From Candidatus Moranbacteria bacterium GW2011_GWC2_40_12 (GTDB taxonomy: Bacteria > Patescibacteriota > Minisyncoccia > Moranbacterales > UBA11712): a stretch of DNA of 64,000 bases. How positions within the stretch are numbered: the first letter of the stretch is position 1; every line of letters starts with the position of its first letter. The stretch lies in assembly GCA_000995965.1 (NCBI GenBank), contig LBYD01000001.1:140923-204922 (forward strand), written 5' to 3'. The notes under the pieces are model-generated. The model was not told the DNA's origin, made no database searches, and saw only the letters and a list, made by a program, of their open reading frames with translations. Below, in pieces: positions 37,833-47,920 of the stretch. A program made the translations under genes and the position numbers.

Positions 37833-39029
37833 CTACCGCTTTATTTTCACCGGAGGAATCCGGCTGGAAGCAAGAGATAAGCTGACCGGTATTCCTGTCA
37901 GCACCGCTATCCCCGTTATCATGAACATTATTTTTATATGGAAAATATAGACGATCGGGGTGGCAATAAGAGCCCCGATTATATAGGCCATGGGACGGAC
38001 AGTTCGGAAAAAATCGGTGACATCGACATCCGACTGATCAATGCGCTTATAGAAATAGGAATCCCGAAGAATCTCAATGACGCTTGCTCCGATCCGGGTT
38101 GAAAACAGCATTGCCGCCCAAACAGCCGCGCTCGTCGAGTCGATGAAATACAAGGCAAGCGTGGAAAAACCCATGACAAGAAGCGCCCCCGCCATCATAT
38201 CGCTTTCCTCGTATTTCGTGTCAGCCAGATATCCAGCGGCGTATTGAAACATCACAAATGGCAAAAGCATCACCGTGAATATTTTTCCGATTTGAAACCA
38301 ATCGAAGCCAAGATTCAAAAGATAAAGCGGCGTGTAGATAACCATAAGGGCATAAAAAAATTCCAGCAGAAACGAAACGTAATAGGCTTTCATTATATTT
38401 TTGCGGGCGAAAATCCTCTTGAGCATCGGGACCAGTTGCGTTTTTTTGATCGGGCAATGGTCGACATTTCCGACCCGCGTTGAAACGACAAGAAAAACTG
38501 AAAAGAGAATAACGAAAGAAACAGCAAAGGCCGATTGGAAACCAAAACGGCTGACCAGAAGGCCTGAAAAAAACGGGGCGACAAGATAACCGGCGTTTTC
38601 GATGGTGAGATAAAGCCCCCGAATTTTTCCTGTCTTTTTGTCAACCGAGCAAGTTTCGAGAAGAATGTCCATATCCAACCAGCTGATAACGGTAAATGTG
38701 ATGTAAAAAACAAGCAGCCAGACCGTCCACAAGGAGGCCGGGAGAAGCATCAACAGAAAGCAAAGCGTCAATTTTATGCCAAGAGAAAGCTGGAAAACTC
38801 TTTTTTTTCCAACCAGACGGACCAATTGATGCCAATTGAGCATCAGAACGAGAGAAAGTCCGTAAGAAATGACATAAAACGGGGTGATATTTTCGCTCCT
38901 CAAGGCCACCTTGAAATAGTCCGACTCCAGATACAAAATAAAAGCCGAGGCGATGCCCAGGAGAAAAGTGCAGAAATAAAGGTATTTTAGAAGATTTTTG
39001 TCGAATCTTTCTTTGTGTGTTTGTTTCAT
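37833..39029 (-). CDS. MFS transporter
   Basis: About 12 TM helices, GKIRG, AGYLAD motif. Confidence 0.85.
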   Translation of the reverse strand: MKQTHKERFDKNLLKYLYFCTFLLGIASAFILYLESDYFKVALRSENITPFYVISYGLSLVLMLNWHQLVRLVGKKRVFQLSLGIKLTLCFLLMLLPASLWTVWLLVFYITFTVISWLDMDILLETCSVDKKTGKIRGLYLTIENAGYLVAPFFSGLLVSRFGFQSAFAVSFVILFSVFLVVSTRVGNVDHCPIKKTQLVPMLKRIFARKNIMKAYYVSFLLEFFYALMVIYTPLYLLNLGFDWFQIGKIFTVMLLPFVMFQYAAGYLADTKYEESDMMAGALLVMGFSTLALYFIDSTSAAVWAAMLFSTRIGASVIEILRDSYFYKRIDQSDVDVTDFFRTVRPMAYIIGALIATPIVYIFHIKIMFMITGIAVLTGIPVSLSLASSRIPPVKIKR

Positions 39030-39070
39030 ATCTTCCTTTAGGAAGGTCCGCTCTCAAAAATATTACAATC

Positions 39071-39089
39071 GTAGAGGTTTAACCTCTAC
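39071..39089. repeat. REP-like palindrome GTAGAGGTTTAACCTCTAC
   Basis: Intergenic hairpin; core related to TAAGGTCGAACCTTA at ~58521. Confidence 0.6.
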
Positions 39090-39130
39090 AATTAAGCCGC
39101 TTTTATTTAGCGCTTAAAGAATTTTATAGC

Positions 39131-40513
39131 CTAGAATATTCTTTTTATATGGACTTCTTTCAGGGATTTGTCAGCCAATTCGCTCGGCGCGCCCATCATC
39201 AAATCTTCCGCTTCTCCCGTTTTTGGAAAAGCCATCACTTCACGGATATTCGGCTCACCCTGAAGGAGCATAACGAGCCGGTCAATGCCAGGAGCAATTC
39301 CGCCGTGCGGCGGAGCGCCATATTCGAATGCTTCGAGTATATGCCCGAATCTTTCCTGGATTGTTTTTTCATCAAGCCCCAAAATTTCAAATATTTTTTT
39401 CTGCAAGTCTCTTTTGTGAATTCGGATGCTGCCTCCGCCGATTTCAATGCCGTTGAGAACTATGTCATAGGCTTGGGCCCGCACTTTGTCGGGACTGCTG
39501 TCCAGAAGTTCCGTATCTTCGTCAACGGGAGCCGTAAAGGGATGATGGGAAGAAGCCAATTGCCCGTTTTTTTCTTTTTCAAAAAGCGGAAAGTTCAAAA
39601 TCCAGCAAAAAGCCAGTTCGTTGGAATTTTTTTTGTCCTCACGAAGATCCGGTTTATCTGTTCCGTATTTATCCATCACTTCTTCGTAGCTCAATTCCGG
39701 GAATGGGATTTTCGCAATTTTTTTCTCCGGAAAATATTTTTTTACGATTTCAATCAAACAATCTTCGTATATTTGCCTGATTTCTTTCTCGTCCGGGAAA
39801 CTCATCTCAACATCGAGCTGGGTAAACTCCGGCTGGCGGTCGCCTCTTTGGTCCTCATCGCGGAAACATTTGGCGATTTGAAAATATTTTTCCAAGCCCG
39901 CCACCATAAGAAGCTGTTTGAATTGCTGGGGAGACTGGGGAAGGACATAAAATTTCCCCTTGTGGAGCCGGGACGGCACAACGAATTCGCGCGCGCCTTC
40001 CGGCGTTCCTTTGGTGAGAATCGGCGTTTCAATTTCAAGGAATCCTTTTTCTGTGTAAAAATCCCGAATAAACTTCACGATTTTTGCCCGCATTTCAATA
40101 TTTTTCAGCATTCTCTCGGAGCGCAGGTCCAAATAGCGGTATTTCAGTCTTATCTCCTCATGAATATTGATAGTATTTTCCGTAATCTCGAAAGGCGGCG
40201 TTTTTGCTTCGTTCAAAATTTCAATATCCTCAACAGAAAGTTCGATTTTTCCCGTCTTGAGATTTGGATTCACCAGTTTTTCCGGGCGCTTGCTGATTTT
40301 TCCGGAGAAACTGACCACCCACTCCGGACGGATTTTTTTGGCTTCTTCATAATTTTTCGTCTGCGGAGCGATAATGCACTGCAAAACCCCGCTTCGGTCG
40401 CGAAGGTCGATGAAAATTATTTTTCCGTGGTCGCGGCGGACGTGTACCCAGCCGCTCACCTTCACGGTCTCGCCTATTTTATTGATTGTTTTGGAAATAA
40501 GAGTGCGTTGCAT
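39131..40513 (-). CDS. aspS: Aspartate-tRNA ligase, short form lacking the GAD domain, probably non-discriminating
   Basis: [49 protein letters not shown]. Confidence 0.95.
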   Translation of the reverse strand: MQRTLISKTINKIGETVKVSGWVHVRRDHGKIIFIDLRDRSGVLQCIIAPQTKNYEEAKKIRPEWVVSFSGKISKRPEKLVNPNLKTGKIELSVEDIEILNEAKTPPFEITENTINIHEEIRLKYRYLDLRSERMLKNIEMRAKIVKFIRDFYTEKGFLEIETPILTKGTPEGAREFVVPSRLHKGKFYVLPQSPQQFKQLLMVAGLEKYFQIAKCFRDEDQRGDRQPEFTQLDVEMSFPDEKEIRQIYEDCLIEIVKKYFPEKKIAKIPFPELSYEEVMDKYGTDKPDLREDKKNSNELAFCWILNFPLFEKEKNGQLASSHHPFTAPVDEDTELLDSSPDKVRAQAYDIVLNGIEIGGGSIRIHKRDLQKKIFEILGLDEKTIQERFGHILEAFEYGAPPHGGIAPGIDRLVMLLQGEPNIREVMAFPKTGEAEDLMMGAPSELADKSLKEVHIKRIF

Positions 40514-40566
40514 ATTTCTTCCAAAGCTAAGCTTTTTCCTTTCCCGACTATTCGTCGGGAAATTCC

Positions 40567-41385
40567 TCAAAGCTTAGCTTTTATTAATTCCTTCACTTCT
40601 TTCGCCACTTCTCCGGGAGTGATTTGAGTTTTGATATAATATGCGTTCGCGCCTAGTTTAAGGGCCTTTTGCACTTCACTGTCAAGAGCGGAGTTGGATA
40701 GAATGATTATAGGAATATTTTTCGTGTTTTCATTTGCCCTCAATTCCTGAATAGCCTCAAATCCGTTCATAGCCGGCATCATCATGTCAAGCAAAATGCA
40801 ATCGAAACCGCCTTTCTCTGCCTCATTGAGTCCCCATTTTCCATTTTTTGCGGCCACAACTTCAAATCCCTCCTGTTTTAGCTTGTCGCCAAACATCTCA
40901 ATAAACACGTCTTCATCCTCGATGATGAGCACTTTATGTCCGTTTGATTCCGCCTTTAGCTCTGGCGCCGCTTCAGGAGCTCCAGAAACAGGTTCAGGCG
41001 CCGATAATTGAACCGCCGTGTGGCCAAGAATTTTTTTTACTTCCTCGGCCAGCTGCGAAGGAGTAAAATTGGATTTTGTCAAAAACCCGGCTGCGCCCAA
41101 ACCCGTCGCCCTTTCTATGTCTTCTTTAGCGGATAAGTTGCTGAAAACATAAACAGGAATGTCTTTGATACCCGGCTCTTTTTTGATGACTTCAAGAATT
41201 TCAAAACCATCCATGTCCGGAAGGACTACGTCCAACAGAACCAGATCCGGCTTCCACGCGATCATCTCATCCTTGACCGCTGTGCCATTCGTGCAAACTT
41301 TGACTTCAAAACCGGCATCCGTCATTTTCTTTTCATATATTTCGACAAGCATCGGATCATCTTCCACAATTAATATTTTTCCCAT
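40567..41385 (-). CDS. Response regulator with two tandem receiver domains and no output domain
   Basis: Two ED...LD..P..(D/N)GF...K repeats joined by a Pro/Ala linker. Confidence 0.9.
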   Translation of the reverse strand: MGKILIVEDDPMLVEIYEKKMTDAGFEVKVCTNGTAVKDEMIAWKPDLVLLDVVLPDMDGFEILEVIKKEPGIKDIPVYVFSNLSAKEDIERATGLGAAGFLTKSNFTPSQLAEEVKKILGHTAVQLSAPEPVSGAPEAAPELKAESNGHKVLIIEDEDVFIEMFGDKLKQEGFEVVAAKNGKWGLNEAEKGGFDCILLDMMMPAMNGFEAIQELRANENTKNIPIIILSNSALDSEVQKALKLGANAYYIKTQITPGEVAKEVKELIKAKL

Positions 41386-41412
41386 TTATTTTGAAATAAA
41401 AATTTATTTCCC

Positions 41413-42363
41413 TTATTTTTTGTATTTTTCTTTTTTTGCAAGATATATCTGGTCTTCAATGATTTTGCGGGTCGATTTGATCATGTCAGCGATGAAGGCG
41501 AATACCATAAACTGGATTCCGACAATCAAAAGGAAAGCGGCCAGCAGAAGAATGTTTCTAAAAGGCGTAATCTTGAAATCCTGAAAATACAAAATCGTGA
41601 AATATCCAAATAAGAGGAAAGAAACCAGAATCAGAGCGACTCCCGGTCCCCCAAAAAATCTCATGGGGCGCACATCACGAACCGCTTTCAGAATCAGGCG
41701 AATACTGTTGTTCACATAGCTGAAAATACTTTTCACGACTCGTGATTTTCTGCCTTCGAAATATGTCACTTCCACGGGAATCCAGCTAATCTTCAGATTT
41801 TTTCCTATGGCGTCAATGATTGTCTCCTGGGTATAGGTAAATCCTCCGACCGGATTGAGCCGGAGCAGGGCTTCGCGGCTATAACCTCTGAATCCGCAGG
41901 TTAAATCCTCAATCCTGCAATTCATGAATTTTCCGATTATCCAGGCGGCAATATAATTCAGCCATTTCTTGCTCCTTGGCATATTTTTGGCTTTTTTGCC
42001 GCCAAAGCGACTGGCGCTCACGAGTTCCGCTTCGCCTTTGATTATCGGTTCTATGATTTTTTCAATGTCACTGGGATTGAACTGGCCGTCTGCATCCATG
42101 TTCACCATTATATCGGCTCCGTTTTCCAGAGACTTTTCAATAGCAGTCCGAAAAGTGACACCGATTCCACGATTCACTTGGTGCGAAAAAACAAAATCGG
42201 CTCCGGCGTCTCGCGCCGTTTGGACCGTTTTATCCATTGATCCGTCGTCTATCACCTGAATAAAAACTTCACTCACGCCTTGTATCATTCGCGGTATTTT
42301 TTTGATTGTCGATCCGATTTTTATGTCCTCGTTATAGGCGGGCAGATTGACTATCAGTTTCAT
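41413..42363 (-). CDS. Glycosyltransferase family 2 (DPM-synthase-like, two C-terminal TM helices)
   Basis: PAYNE, DDGSMD, DADGQ, DLTCGFR. Confidence 0.9.
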   Translation of the reverse strand: MKLIVNLPAYNEDIKIGSTIKKIPRMIQGVSEVFIQVIDDGSMDKTVQTARDAGADFVFSHQVNRGIGVTFRTAIEKSLENGADIMVNMDADGQFNPSDIEKIIEPIIKGEAELVSASRFGGKKAKNMPRSKKWLNYIAAWIIGKFMNCRIEDLTCGFRGYSREALLRLNPVGGFTYTQETIIDAIGKNLKISWIPVEVTYFEGRKSRVVKSIFSYVNNSIRLILKAVRDVRPMRFFGGPGVALILVSFLLFGYFTILYFQDFKITPFRNILLLAAFLLIVGIQFMVFAFIADMIKSTRKIIEDQIYLAKKEKYKK

Positions 42364-42416
42364 ATTCTTGATTTTATCAGATTTTGAACTATTCTCCAAT
42401 TTTGTGATCTGAATTT

Positions 42417-43700
42417 TTATCGGCCGATTCCTCTATAAATTATCCCCTGCTCCAGAATCTTTTCTTTATCGAGGCAATTTTTTCCGTCAATAATGACTTT
42501 TATGCCCCGCTCCTTGAATTTTTCCGGCGGAATATCGCTAAATTCCTTGTGATTCGTCGCGATAATCAGTGCTTCTGATTTTTCAAGAAGTTCATCAACG
42601 CTCTTCAGCGTGGATTTGCCTGGAACATATGGATCAAAAATATGAAGAAGCGCCTTTCGCTCTTCGAGAAGTTCGATAATTTTCAGCGCCGGACTTTCCC
42701 GCAGATCTCCGACATTAGCTTTATAAGAAACGCCCAAAACTCCAATGACACTGCCCTTATAAGCTTTTCCGACAAGATTCAGGGCATCCTGAAGCAATTC
42801 TACGGTATAAAGCGGCATACTGTTGTTTATTTCCCGCGCTACACGCAAAAATTTGTGGTCGAAGTTGAGCTCCTTGGCCTTCTCGATGAGATAATATGGA
42901 TCGACCGGAATACAATGGCCGCCGACTCCGCAGGAAGGCCAATGGGCCATGAAAGCAAATGGTTTCGTTGCCGCGCCCCTGATTACATTGGTCACATCTA
43001 TACCCATGAGATTGAAAGACTTTGCCAGTTCGTTCACAAAAGCAATGTTAATGTCCCGAAAAGAATTTTCCATTATTTTCGTGGCCTCAGCTTCAAAAAT
43101 ACTTTTCATGGGCATAATTTCGGCAAAGATAATGCTTCGATAAAATTCGAGCGCCCGTGCCAAACCTTTTTCCTCAAACGAACCAACGACACGGGGAATA
43201 TTCGTCACATTCCATTGCGGATCTCCGGGATTGATCCGTTCGGGACAATGAGCGATGAAAACATTTTTCCCAACTGAATATCCCGCTTTTTCAAAAATTG
43301 GTTTCACAACCTCGTCACAAACGCCAGGATTGATGGTTGATTCGACAATGACCAATGCTCCCGGTTTCAAATTTTTGGCAACCGTTTCCGATGCTGAAGC
43401 GACGAACCTCAAATCCGGAAAATATTTTTTGTCAACTGGGGTCGGAACGGCAATAATATTTATGTCGCAATTTCTTATTTCAGATTCATCGCGGATGACG
43501 TTTATTTTCACTTTTGGAATCATTTCATTCAGATATTCCTCCCCGACGATATTTTCCCCTTTTTCGATTCGCTTGAGCTTTTCTTCATCCTTGTCATAAC
43601 CGAAAACCTCGTATCCTTTTGCCGCGCACAAAACAGCCAGCGGAAAGCCGACATATCCAAGGCCGATTACGCAGACTTTTTGATTATTTTTTCCTTTCAT
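42417..43700 (-). CDS. UDP-N-acetylhexosamine dehydrogenase (WecC/WbpA/TviB family)
   Basis: GLGYVG, VPTP, EST, PERINPG, ENSFRDINIA, GVGGHCIPVDP. Confidence 0.92.
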   Translation of the reverse strand: MKGKNNQKVCVIGLGYVGFPLAVLCAAKGYEVFGYDKDEEKLKRIEKGENIVGEEYLNEMIPKVKINVIRDESEIRNCDINIIAVPTPVDKKYFPDLRFVASASETVAKNLKPGALVIVESTINPGVCDEVVKPIFEKAGYSVGKNVFIAHCPERINPGDPQWNVTNIPRVVGSFEEKGLARALEFYRSIIFAEIMPMKSIFEAEATKIMENSFRDINIAFVNELAKSFNLMGIDVTNVIRGAATKPFAFMAHWPSCGVGGHCIPVDPYYLIEKAKELNFDHKFLRVAREINNSMPLYTVELLQDALNLVGKAYKGSVIGVLGVSYKANVGDLRESPALKIIELLEERKALLHIFDPYVPGKSTLKSVDELLEKSEALIIATNHKEFSDIPPEKFKERGIKVIIDGKNCLDKEKILEQGIIYRGIGR

Positions 43701-43885
43701 ATATAAAAAATAAGCTACTAAAGCTTATCTAATAATAGCCCAACTATCAAGAATTTGCAAGAAAACATTACGGCTTTGCGGCAAGTGATGTTTGTTGTTT
43801 TTTATATTTTTCCAATCGGTCCTCGATTTCCAGAACTTTTCCTTTCAACCACTCAAATTCTTTCATGCTTACTTTATACAAAATA

Positions 43886-45496
43886 CTATCCAACCGGCAA
43901 TTCCAAAACAAATCGGCTTCCTTTCCCCTTCCCGGGAGATTCCGCCCAGATTTTGCCGTGGTGGGCTTCGACCATTTTTTTGCCAACATACATCCCAAGT
44001 CCCGTTCCGTCGGTGTGGTAGTGCGATACATCTTTTCCTCGTTCAAATTTGTTGAAGATATTCTCGAGTTCGTCCTTGTCCATTCCGATCCCGGTGTCAG
44101 AGACGGATACCCTGATGACATTTTTTTGTTCCCTTGTTTCATGGTCAAAGAAACTCCCTCTTTCTGCTCGCACCGTCACTCCGCCCTTCTGGGTATATTT
44201 AATGGCGTTATCAACCATGTTTGATATAACTTCTTTGATTTTCGTGATGTCAATTTTCAGTTTTGGCAATGCGACGGAAGGTTTTTGCCAATGGAGATAG
44301 AGTTTTTTGGCCTTGGCGGAAAGTTCAAGCGTGTCCGCGGCTTCCTGGACCAGATCTTCAATCTGGGCTTCCTGAAAGTCAAATTCCATTCTCCCAGCTT
44401 CCATTCGTGAGATATTCAAGAGATCTTCCACGAGTTGAATGAGCCTTTCGTTGGAAATATATATTTTCTCCAGCGCGTTTCTTTGCGTGTCGGGAAGCGG
44501 GCCGTATGTCCCCTCAAGAAGCAATGAACCAAAGCCCTTGATGGAAGTGAGCGGCGTGCGCAGCTGATGCGACGCAATGGAAATAAATTCGGATTTGGCT
44601 TTGTCAAGCTGGCGGAGCTTCGAATTGGCAACAGCCAGTTGGTTTGACATCTCTTGGAGCTCGTCCTTACGCTTTATTTCATTTAATACACTTCTTATCA
44701 TAAAAAACGAAAGAGTAGACAAAATTAAAAATAATGCTGTTTTGTAAATTCTTTGATAAAGATCTTCAGCAATAAAAACCTCAAACAATGAAGCACCCAT
44801 TATTAACACTGCCAAAAATTCAAATGCTATTACTTTAATGTTCATCCATCGATATTGAACGATTGCGTAGGTTGTAAAAGCTACGAATATTAGGGAACTA
44901 GGGACGTCAAAATCTGTCAGCTTAAGATAGTTAAATAAGGGCAATATAAAACTCAATAAAATACTGCAGCCCACATATAGCGAAAAACCTAAAAGGATAA
45001 GACGGGTTTGACTCCTTTCCTGTCCCGAAGATTGTCGAAGATAACGCCCGAGCTTGAAGATTACGAAAAAATAGGAAAATAGAAAGAAAATTACATAGAC
45101 AGAAAATAAAACGCCTGTATCCTGGTCGAAACCGCGCTCTATATTCTTTTTGATATTGTTTACAACAAGATCAGTCGCCAGGGGCAACACGGCTATAATT
45201 ATTCCAATCGCGAAAACTGATATCGACTTGTATTTTTTGACCTTACTTCGAGAAGTAAAAATAAGAACCCAAAAAATGATGGACGTCAGCACAAGCGCTC
45301 CTGCCGAATACGCCAGCCTGACAAAAATTGGAAAATCAGAACTATAAAGGAAAAAATTGCACAAAGCCCACAAAAAAGTCATTGCTGAAAAAAAGGCAAA
45401 CGCCACCCTTCCCCTTTTTTGCTCGCTGCCAAACAAAACAACCAGCCCTAAAATCAGATTAATTATGCCTGAAATGAGAATAATTATTTCCAGCAT
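43886..45496 (-). CDS. Sensor histidine kinase with N-terminal multi-TM (7TM-type) sensor
   Basis: H-box SHQLRTPL, N-box NAIKYT, DTGIG, GTGLG; 7-9 N-terminal TM segments. Confidence 0.93.
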   Translation of the reverse strand: MLEIIILISGIINLILGLVVLFGSEQKRGRVAFAFFSAMTFLWALCNFFLYSSDFPIFVRLAYSAGALVLTSIIFWVLIFTSRSKVKKYKSISVFAIGIIIAVLPLATDLVVNNIKKNIERGFDQDTGVLFSVYVIFFLFSYFFVIFKLGRYLRQSSGQERSQTRLILLGFSLYVGCSILLSFILPLFNYLKLTDFDVPSSLIFVAFTTYAIVQYRWMNIKVIAFEFLAVLIMGASLFEVFIAEDLYQRIYKTALFLILSTLSFFMIRSVLNEIKRKDELQEMSNQLAVANSKLRQLDKAKSEFISIASHQLRTPLTSIKGFGSLLLEGTYGPLPDTQRNALEKIYISNERLIQLVEDLLNISRMEAGRMEFDFQEAQIEDLVQEAADTLELSAKAKKLYLHWQKPSVALPKLKIDITKIKEVISNMVDNAIKYTQKGGVTVRAERGSFFDHETREQKNVIRVSVSDTGIGMDKDELENIFNKFERGKDVSHYHTDGTGLGMYVGKKMVEAHHGKIWAESPGKGKGSRFVLELPVG

Positions 45497-45586
45497 GATA
45501 AAATATAAAAAATAAAACCCCAGCATTCCCATAGTACCACATTTCTGCGGTTATGGAAAAATACCGGGGTTTTTTGGGTGGCTAGC

Positions 45587-46915
45587 CTAGAATTGAATTG
45601 TTTCACGAGCTTCCACCAGCTTCGAGGTGATTTCCTCCATCTCCTCAAAGGTCATGTCAGTGCAAACCGAAAACCGAATCAGTGCTTCCCCCCTTGGTAC
45701 GGCGGGGTGTTTGAACAGCGAGGCAATAATGCCCCTGCTCTCGAGGTACTTTTTGACTTCGTCGGCTTTTTGCTCGTTGCCGATTCTCACGGGAACGATA
45801 TGACTGCTTGATCCCATAAGGTCAAAACCATGAGCCTCGAGTGCTGTCTTTAGAACTTCCGACAGTAGGATCAGATTACGTCTCGCTTTTGCCCCTTCTT
45901 CGCCGCAGACGAAATCAATCGTCCTGACCAGCGATTCGGCCATCCACGGCGGAATCGGAGCGGAAAAGATGTATTGCGGCGAGCAGAATCTGAGGAACCA
46001 GGAAAGCTTTGCATTGCTGAGCGCAACATAACCTCCCAGGTGTGAAAACGCCTTTGTCAGCGTCCCCATGACGATGCACCGATCCGCATAGTTGCCGAAA
46101 TCCGGTAATGCCGAGGCAACGCCACACCCGGATTGTCCCACAACACCCATGGCATGAGCCTCATCCAGATATAAGAGGCAATCATATTCCTCCGCTATCT
46201 GGCAAAGCTCTTGGATGTCAAAAATTCTTCCAGTCGCCGAGGACAAGGTGTCCGTGGCGATCACCCGGACGGCTGGCGAGCCATTAAATTTGGACTTTGA
46301 CTTTTGGAGCATATTGCGCAATTGCTCCGTGTCTTTGTAAATCCACCCATAGCACCTGTCAGGCGCTTGGGCTTTTGCCAGCCTGACTCCATGCTGAATG
46401 GAGAAGTGGCTTTCCGTGTTCACGTAGAACAGGGTGGGAGTTTCCCTGGAAAGAAGCCCCATTTTCGTGTCCCGGACATACGGAACAAGGTGGGGAGTAT
46501 TCATGCGAAGACCCAAGGCCTGGATAATGTTTTCGTTAGCCGGATAACCAGCAGTGAAAATAATACTGTTATCCATTCCGTGGAGCCCGGCAACTTTTTT
46601 CTCGAGCGAAACCGTGGACTCCGTTTTCATGACAATTTGAGACGCGGGGCATCCGAGATCGTTTTGATCGATGCTCCGCTTCATGATTTTCTTAATTTCA
46701 ATGTTGGAGCCCAGTCCGAGGTAATCGAGTCTCGAGCAATCTAGCATTCTTTGCCCGCAGATGGTCAGATATTTTCCTCCAAATATTCCGTCGGCCATTG
46801 ATTGCGGATTAGCGATGTTGATCCGTGTCCCTTCGCGGGCAAATTCATCAGCCTCTCCGAGGAGAATGCTCAGGGAATTCTTTTCTGTTTTCTTGGTTTT
46901 TCTCACGATTTGCAT
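45587..46915 (-). CDS. PLP-dependent alpha-oxoamine synthase (BioF/Spt/Kbl/CqsA superfamily), divergent
   Basis: DYLGLG, GYPAN, SHFSI, DEAHAMG, GTLTKAF (PLP lysine), YIFSA. Confidence 0.85.
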   Translation of the reverse strand: MQIVRKTKKTEKNSLSILLGEADEFAREGTRINIANPQSMADGIFGGKYLTICGQRMLDCSRLDYLGLGSNIEIKKIMKRSIDQNDLGCPASQIVMKTESTVSLEKKVAGLHGMDNSIIFTAGYPANENIIQALGLRMNTPHLVPYVRDTKMGLLSRETPTLFYVNTESHFSIQHGVRLAKAQAPDRCYGWIYKDTEQLRNMLQKSKSKFNGSPAVRVIATDTLSSATGRIFDIQELCQIAEEYDCLLYLDEAHAMGVVGQSGCGVASALPDFGNYADRCIVMGTLTKAFSHLGGYVALSNAKLSWFLRFCSPQYIFSAPIPPWMAESLVRTIDFVCGEEGAKARRNLILLSEVLKTALEAHGFDLMGSSSHIVPVRIGNEQKADEVKKYLESRGIIASLFKHPAVPRGEALIRFSVCTDMTFEEMEEITSKLVEARETIQF

Positions 46916-46917
46916 TT

Positions 46918-47502
46918 TCAGCCTCCCATAATCAGCCCGCAGGCCGATAGATTTGACAAGAATGGTTTCACATATTTATCCCAGGTGAAAAGTCCTACGC
47001 CTGTCCAGACAGAAACCCAGAATAAGGCCGACAAGACAGCTCCGGGAATTATATAGGCCAGATTTTGCAGCAGGTTGTTTTTCTTCCTCAGGATAATCGT
47101 GGAAACAAAAGGGCCGAAAATAATGGGCACCACCAAATAAACCGCCCAAAAACCTCCCTTTTGAAGAATCCAGGCAATGAATCTTTTGAAGATTTTATGC
47201 CGGGTAATTCTGTTTTCACGATTTATGAAATTGTTAATTTTGCCCATGGAAAGCATATCCCAATCATATTTTCTTTCACAAAACGAATGGAGATATACCG
47301 CTCCCACAGAGACCAAAAAAAGGATTGCGAACATAATCGCCGTTCCTTTGAAAAATCCGAAGGTATTGGCAACTATGTAGCAAAGGCCGTCGTAAAGATG
47401 ATAAACAGGAAAAAGAATTGATAGAACGATTAAATTGCGAATTTTCTTGCACCAAACTAAAAGAAAGTGCAATTTATTTGCCGCGATTGATTCAGTTGTC
47501 AA
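46918..47502 (-). CDS. Hypothetical membrane protein (about 4 TM), tightly coupled to the oxoamine synthase
   Basis: TTG start with AAGGAGGTG Shine-Dalgarno; stop lies 2 nt from the next ATG. Confidence 0.75.
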   Translation of the reverse strand: MTTESIAANKLHFLLVWCKKIRNLIVLSILFPVYHLYDGLCYIVANTFGFFKGTAIMFAILFLVSVGAVYLHSFCERKYDWDMLSMGKINNFINRENRITRHKIFKRFIAWILQKGGFWAVYLVVPIIFGPFVSTIILRKKNNLLQNLAYIIPGAVLSALFWVSVWTGVGLFTWDKYVKPFLSNLSACGLIMGG

Positions 47503-47544
47503 GGTTCTGCACCTCCTTTTTTTATTTGTGGCGCTTATATTACC

Positions 47545-47582
47545 ACATAAAAGCGTTCAATTCCACTTAAGCGCTTTTATGT
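47545..47582. promoter_or_regulatory. Inverted repeat ACATAAAAGCG...CGCTTTTATGT over the promoter region of the membrane protein/oxoamine synthase operon
   Basis: 11-bp perfect arms. Confidence 0.45.
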
Positions 47583-47596
47583 CGCAAATTAATTTG

Positions 47597-47640
47597 AAAA
47601 ATGGGTGGCCCCGGAACGCGCTGCGCTCCGAGGCCCATGT
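47597..47640 (-). terminator. Probable terminator after the barrel/small protein pair
   Basis: GC-rich imperfect hairpin followed by a U run on the minus strand. Confidence 0.5.
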
Positions 47641-47643
47641 CAA

Positions 47644-47907
47644 CTATTTTGCTTTTTCGAAGATAACAGCAGCGACCGTTGGGTTCCAACCAGGAGTTAC
47701 AGAAATTGAGATCCGGATCGGTTGATATCCGGGATTATTTTCAAGCCACTGGTCAACACATTTTTGTAAGCTCTTAGCGACATCGGGGGGAGCCACTCCA
47801 AAGAATGCCACCTTCGTTTCACCTGCTTCTGCGAGTCTAGCGAAACCAACTCCCGCCAAAACCAGAACTACAACCACTACCAATTTCATTCCTTTCGATA
47901 ACTTCAT
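47644..47907 (-). CDS. Small secreted protein with signal peptide
   Basis: AAGGAGG Shine-Dalgarno; signal peptide ending AEA. Confidence 0.75.
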   Translation of the reverse strand: MKLSKGMKLVVVVVLVLAGVGFARLAEAGETKVAFFGVAPPDVAKSLQKCVDQWLENNPGYQPIRISISVTPGWNPTVAAVIFEKAK

Positions 47908-47920
47908 GATAAAGTCCTCC

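Noticed and set aside
39149-40627. 492-aa plus-strand ORF
   Set aside because: Antisense shadow of aspS; Phe-rich with no recognisable motifs
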